Below, in pieces: positions 59,644 to 64,000 of a stretch of 64,000 nucleotides of DNA. The position numbers and the translations under genes are program-made. Source of the stretch: Sedimentisphaerales bacterium (GTDB taxonomy: Bacteria > Planctomycetota > Phycisphaerae > Sedimentisphaerales > Anaerobacaceae); the NCBI GenBank assembly GCA_963708075.1, contig OY970194.1:6208001-6272000 (forward strand). Direction: 5' to 3'. The notes under the pieces are model-generated. The model worked only from the letters and a program-made list of their open reading frames with translations, did not search any database and had not been told where the DNA came from. Every line of letters starts with the position of its first letter. The stretch's first letter is position 1.

Positions 59644-60204
59644 ATGAAGACTATAATGATCGCATTTGGTGTTATACTTGTGGGAATAGCCGCGGTTATC
59701 ATCGGCTGCCGATCCCACGCGGCCTCGAAACAACCGGACGAAGTCGATCAGGCTATCGATCAGGCCATAGTCATGGGCGCTGATATCCCTCCTGCCAAGA
59801 GGGGCATCATCGGCCGGATGCTTCGCCTCAACGAGAAAGACCTTCTCCTGGGTCTGCGCACGTATGCCGACCTGTCCGGCGGGCGGTACCCGACCAGCCT
59901 CGAGACCGAGATCACGCTGAAGGAGATCGAGACGAACCGGCTCGGCTCGAATCTGGCGGACACCCCCAAGAGTCAGAAGGACCAGATGGTCATGGATATC
60001 TTCTTCGCCACTGCCTTCTACGACAAGCTCAAACGGGAGAAGCGTGCCGCGCAGTACCATGGTGACACCGTCAGCCGGCAGGATGCCGACAAAGTGCTCA
60101 TCTCCTGGACGGAACCGAAGCAGCGATATAGAGTCGTCTTCGGCGACCTCACGGCAAAGACCCTCTCCTCCGACCAGTTCGCACGCCTTGCGCAATCACC
60201 GTGA
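59644..60204 (+). CDS. Putative lipoprotein homologous to a periplasmic domain of anti-sigmas 1 and 3
   Basis: IIGC lipobox-like motif; EKDLLLGLR...YHGDTV...RYRVVFGDL. Confidence 0.8.
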   Translation: MKTIMIAFGVILVGIAAVIIGCRSHAASKQPDEVDQAIDQAIVMGADIPPAKRGIIGRMLRLNEKDLLLGLRTYADLSGGRYPTSLETEITLKEIETNRLGSNLADTPKSQKDQMVMDIFFATAFYDKLKREKRAAQYHGDTVSRQDADKVLISWTEPKQRYRVVFGDLTAKTLSSDQFARLAQSP

Positions 60205-60241
60205 CCCGTAACCGGTCCTGCGACAGCCAATCCGTATCATT

Positions 60242-60329
60242 GGGTGGCAGCGGCAAGGCCGAAGGGCTTGTCGATGGCTCTATCGCACACGGATAACCAT
60301 CGGCAAGCTGGCGCTTGCCGCTGCCACCC
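60242..60329. repeat. Nested-hairpin family A, copy 10
   Basis: Same arms. Confidence 0.88.
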
Positions 60330-60456
60330 GGCACATTGCCTGGAAGTCTGCATAGATACTCCGCGCTGAATGCATCTGTTGTGATCGCAAGGCAGACCCC
60401 TTACAATCTCTGCATTCTGTGCCTCGGTCATTAAATTCTCTGGAAAGGGTCAGATC

Positions 60457-62442
60457 ATGCAGCCAGCGCGAAAGACAACCCTGCTGTCCATCATGATGTG
60501 CGCAATCACCTCGCCTGGATTGAGCCAGGAGTACGGCAAGCCCGACCGGGAGCAGCCCGGCGACGAGATGATCCAGCAGTATCTCAAGCAAGAGGCTGAG
60601 CGAATCCATGAGAAGTTCGCACAGGATATCGAGTCCCTGGAGAAATGGGAGAAGCTCCGTCCGACGTATAAGCAGGAATATCTTTACATGCTGGGCCTGT
60701 GGCCGATGCCGGAGAAGACGCCGCTTCAAGCGACCATCACCGGGACCCTGGAGGGCGACGGTTATGTCGTCGATATGGTGCACTACGAGAGCGTGCCGAG
60801 GCTGTATGTCACGGGCAATCTCTACCGGCCGTCGCGCGTGGAGGCGGGCCAGCGGCTGCCCGCGGTGGTCTATGTCTGCGGCCACACCTTCTGCGGGCGC
60901 AACGGCAACAAGACGGCCTACCAGGCCCACGGCATCTGGTTCGCACGCCACGGCTACATCTGCCTGGTCCTCGACACACTGCAGTTGGGCGAGATCGCGG
61001 CGATCCATCACGGCACGTATCGCGAGGGTCGCTGGTGGTGGCATTCGCGCGGCTACACGCCGGCGGGCGTCGAGTGCCTCAACGGCATCCGCGGCATCGA
61101 TTACCTGATCTCCCGGCCGGACGTGGACCCGCAGCGAATCGCCGTCACCGGCATCAGCGGCGGCGGGGCGGCGACGTTCTGGATTGCGGCCGCCGACGAG
61201 CGGGCCAAGGTCGCTGTGCCTGTCAGCGGCATGGCGGACCTGCCGTCCTACGTCTCCAACCGCGTCATCAACGGCCACTGCGATTGCATGTTCCTCTACA
61301 ATACGTTCCAATGGCCGTGGACCCGCATCGCGAGCCTCATCGCGCCTCGGCCGATGCTGTTCACCAACAGCGATCAGGACTCGATCTTCCCCATGGACGC
61401 GAATCAGCGGGTGATCAACAACCTCGAGCGTCTCTATAGTCTCTACGGGGCAGGCGACTTCGTGGATAGCTTCGTCAGCATCGGTGGCCACGCCTATCGC
61501 AAGGACATTCGTCAGGCCGCCTATCGCTTCATCAACATGCACCTGAAGAACGACCCGCGCGTCGTCGAGGACAGTGAAGTCAATCTCGCGACCGGGCCCG
61601 AGAACAATCGCACGTACCCCATCGCCGCGGAGAAACTCCGCGTCTTCCCCGAGGACTCGGACATCCCCAAGGATCAACTCAACACGACAATCGATCAGCA
61701 TTTCGTGCCGATGGCCAAAGTCGAGCCGCCGAGGCAGGGCGAGTACGAAAGCTGGCGAGCGTCGCTCCTGACCGAGCTTCGCCGGGTCGCATTCGGCTGT
61801 CTCCCCGCGCGAGCCTCACCTGCCCAGCCGGGGAACAGAGGGTTCATCTCCGAGCCGGGTATCGAGATGGGTTTGCTCAGGATACCCGAGGAGAAGCCGG
61901 AACGTGTCCTGCTACTCGTGAAGTATGACGAGTTGGCCAACCAAACGCTGAATCGCGCACGAGAACCGCACGATCAAATATACATATGTGAGCCTCGCGG
62001 CGTGCATCGGACTCGCTGGACGCAGAAGAATCCGCCGAACTATGTGGAGCGGTCGCACGCCCTGCTCGGACGGACCGTGGATACCGGGCGAGTCTGGGAT
62101 ATCATCGCGATGGCTCGCTACCTGCATGCCGAACACGCGGACATCCCCCTTTACGTCGGCGGGGAAGGACCCGGGGCAGTGCTAGCCGCTTATGCCGCCC
62201 TGTTGGAGCCGGACATTGCCGGCGTGATCGCGATCAATCCGCCTTCATCACACATGGACCCCAACGCGCCTCAATTCCTGAACGTGCTGCGGGTGTGCGA
62301 CATTCCGGATGCATTCGGCATGCTCGCGCCGCGGCCCTTGATTTTGCAGGGCTACAGCGGCGAGGCGTTGAAGAAAGTGACGCAGATCTACGCCTCCGCC
62401 GGCGCCGCGGAGAAACTCGTCGTCAAACCGGACGCAGAATAG
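60457..62442 (+). CDS. Exported alpha/beta hydrolase (acetyl xylan esterase-like), two-domain
   Basis: VTGNLYRP, YVCGH, IDYLISRPDVDPQRIAVTGISGGG, LIAPRP. Confidence 0.88.
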   Translation: MQPARKTTLLSIMMCAITSPGLSQEYGKPDREQPGDEMIQQYLKQEAERIHEKFAQDIESLEKWEKLRPTYKQEYLYMLGLWPMPEKTPLQATITGTLEGDGYVVDMVHYESVPRLYVTGNLYRPSRVEAGQRLPAVVYVCGHTFCGRNGNKTAYQAHGIWFARHGYICLVLDTLQLGEIAAIHHGTYREGRWWWHSRGYTPAGVECLNGIRGIDYLISRPDVDPQRIAVTGISGGGAATFWIAAADERAKVAVPVSGMADLPSYVSNRVINGHCDCMFLYNTFQWPWTRIASLIAPRPMLFTNSDQDSIFPMDANQRVINNLERLYSLYGAGDFVDSFVSIGGHAYRKDIRQAAYRFINMHLKNDPRVVEDSEVNLATGPENNRTYPIAAEKLRVFPEDSDIPKDQLNTTIDQHFVPMAKVEPPRQGEYESWRASLLTELRRVAFGCLPARASPAQPGNRGFISEPGIEMGLLRIPEEKPERVLLLVKYDELANQTLNRAREPHDQIYICEPRGVHRTRWTQKNPPNYVERSHALLGRTVDTGRVWDIIAMARYLHAEHADIPLYVGGEGPGAVLAAYAALLEPDIAGVIAINPPSSHMDPNAPQFLNVLRVCDIPDAFGMLAPRPLILQGYSGEALKKVTQIYASAGAAEKLVVKPDAE

Positions 62443-62482
62443 GGGAGTGGGAACGCTGAGTCATTCGATCATATCGCTCTGC

Positions 62483-62719
62483 ATGTCATTGCGAGCGAAG
62501 CCATTCATGGGCCTTCAGCCCACCACAAGAAGATGAGAATGGTCTTGGGCTGCTCGTAGGGTGGGTCCTTGACCCACGCGGTTTTTGAACGACGCATTCC
62601 TTGACGCGTGGGTTGAGAACCCACCCTACACGTCAACGCCACACTTTTTCAGAGGAGCGAGACAATCCTCTATGCTGGAAGTCGAGATTGCTTCGCCGCT
62701 GCGCTGCTCGCAATGACAT
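62483..62719. repeat. Nested repeat: GTCATTGCGAG...CTCGCAATGAC element containing a GTAG REP doublet (62556-62629)
   Basis: 14-bp terminal IR ATGTCATTGCGAGC/GCTCGCAATGACAT. Confidence 0.78.
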
Positions 62720-62974
62720 AACCGTCGTCTGTCAAGCGGCTTTGCGTTTGCCCCGGGAGCAAAGGGAAGCCCCCGCGATTTGATGAGGGAGAGGAAGCGA
62801 GACTACGCGGGGGCTTGAAGGCTTTATCATTGATCTCACACAATCGCTCAACGGCCGCCAGCCACGGCTGGGTCTCAGCGAAGATGCTACCGCGCATCCG
62901 GAGGCTTGTCACCACGAAAACAAGGAATTTTTTCCATGCAGCGCACGACAAGATTGTGAGAGATCGCGCACTCC

Positions 62975-63079
62975 GAGTGGCAGCGGCAGGCGGAGAAAAG
63001 CGGAGCTGGCCGATGGTGTTCCGAAGCATCTGGTAGCCATCGGCAATTCTTCAATATGCTCGGAGGGTTGCTGCCATCC
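62975..63079. repeat. Family A, degenerate copy 11
   Basis: GTGGCAGCGGCAGG...GCCGATGG-loop-CCATCGGCAA...GCTGCCATCC. Confidence 0.7.
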
Positions 63080-63263
63080 ATCCTGAATGCCCTGGAATCT
63101 TCGCAGATATGATTGAGCCAATTTCGAGAGAGATTTTTGCGGGAACGCGGCCTTGGGGGTATGATAATAGCCTTTTGAAGAGCGTTGCGTTCTTTCCATG
63201 GAAGAGCCCCGGCCAATGGGGCGATTCGGATGCAGGTTCCGTTCGTAACCTGGGAGACTTGGC

Positions 63264-64000
63264 ATGAAAGCCCTTGTAAAGAGCAGATCGGAGCCCGGCC
63301 TGTGGCTGGCGGACGTTCCGGAGCCGCAAATCGGCATCAACGATGTCCTGATCCAGGTGGCAAAGACCTCGATCTGTGGCACGGATGTTCACATCTACAA
63401 CTGGGACGCCTGGGCACAGAAGACGATCCATGTGCCCATGGTCATCGGCCACGAGTTCGTCGGCCGCATCGTCGAGATCGGTGGAAATGTTCATGACTTC
63501 CAGGTCGGCGACCTGGTCAGTGCCGAGGGGCACGTCGTGTGCGGCCACTGCCGCAATTGCCTGGCCGGCCGGCGGCACCTGTGCAACTCGCCGCGCGGTA
63601 TCGGCGTGAATCGCGACGGCGCGTTCGCGGAGTACATCTCCGTGCCCGTGACGAATATCTGGTATTGTGATACCTCTATCCCGACGGATGTCCTGAGCTG
63701 CTTCGATCCGCTGGGCAACGCCGCCCACACGGCCCTGAGCTTCAATCTGGTGGGAGAGGACGTGCTGATCACAGGGGCCGGCCCCATCGGCTGCATGGCC
63801 GCGGGGATCGCCAAGCGGGTGGGCGCCCGCCACGTCGTCGTTACCGACGTCAACCCGTACCGCCTGCAACTTGCCAAGCGGATGGGAGCCACGCTGGCCG
63901 TCGATGTTCGGACCACCCGTATCAAGGAGGTGCAGGAGCAGCTCGGCATGAAGGAGGGGTTCGATGTCGGCATGGAGATGTCCGGCAATCCCGATGCCCT
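63264..64000 (+). CDS. tdh: L-threonine 3-dehydrogenase (partial, runs off the window)
   Basis: My translation: [15 protein letters not shown]...[19 protein letters not shown]...GHEFVG...[15 protein letters not shown]...[13 protein letters not shown]. Confidence 0.95.
   Translation, partial: MKALVKSRSEPGLWLADVPEPQIGINDVLIQVAKTSICGTDVHIYNWDAWAQKTIHVPMVIGHEFVGRIVEIGGNVHDFQVGDLVSAEGHVVCGHCRNCLAGRRHLCNSPRGIGVNRDGAFAEYISVPVTNIWYCDTSIPTDVLSCFDPLGNAAHTALSFNLVGEDVLITGAGPIGCMAAGIAKRVGARHVVVTDVNPYRLQLAKRMGATLAVDVRTTRIKEVQEQLGMKEGFDVGMEMSGNPDA

Noticed and set aside
4741..63079. Family A as CRISPR repeats or integron attC sites
   Set aside because: Copies are dispersed, inverted and in both orientations; there are no cas or intI genes and no RYYYAAC/GTTRRRY ends.
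1..64000. tRNA, rRNA, prophage or reverse-transcriptase (retron/DGR) systems
   Set aside because: I recognised no such signatures by eye. The FGE-type domains have no template repeat or RT gene in the window; tRNAscan/Infernal would be needed to exclude small RNAs.

Overview
GC-rich bacterial chromosome segment. The gene content (six ECF sigma/anti-sigma pairs, Tat-exported Gfo/Idh/MocA enzymes, FGE-sulfatase and discoidin proteins) suggests a Planctomycetota/Phycisphaerae host; this is inference, not a search result. Housekeeping genes: purM, purF, rdgB, rnhA, tdh (partial), an mtlD-like dehydrogenase, a GH2 hydrolase, and an AlgI/AlgJ-type O-acetylation cluster. Accessory DNA: a complete IS1182-family element (16-bp IRs, TTTA duplication), an HNH-like gene, a TIR/NDT-like gene, a large N6-adenine methyltransferase coupled to a separate small PD-(D/E)XK nuclease, and an orphan beta-class methyltransferase. 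Four observations stand out. (1) Four anti-sigma genes carry an identically spaced internal Shine-Dalgarno (GGAG-N7-ATG) just before their TM helix, which predicts a second, exported isoform without the sigma-binding domain. (2) Anti-sigma periplasmic domains recur in neighbouring exported proteins. (3) An 11-copy nested hairpin family shows covariation and variable loops. (4) Several REP-like repeats sit in-frame inside coding sequences. About seven single-indel frameshifts suggest assembly errors. No rRNA, tRNA or CRISPR array was seen.
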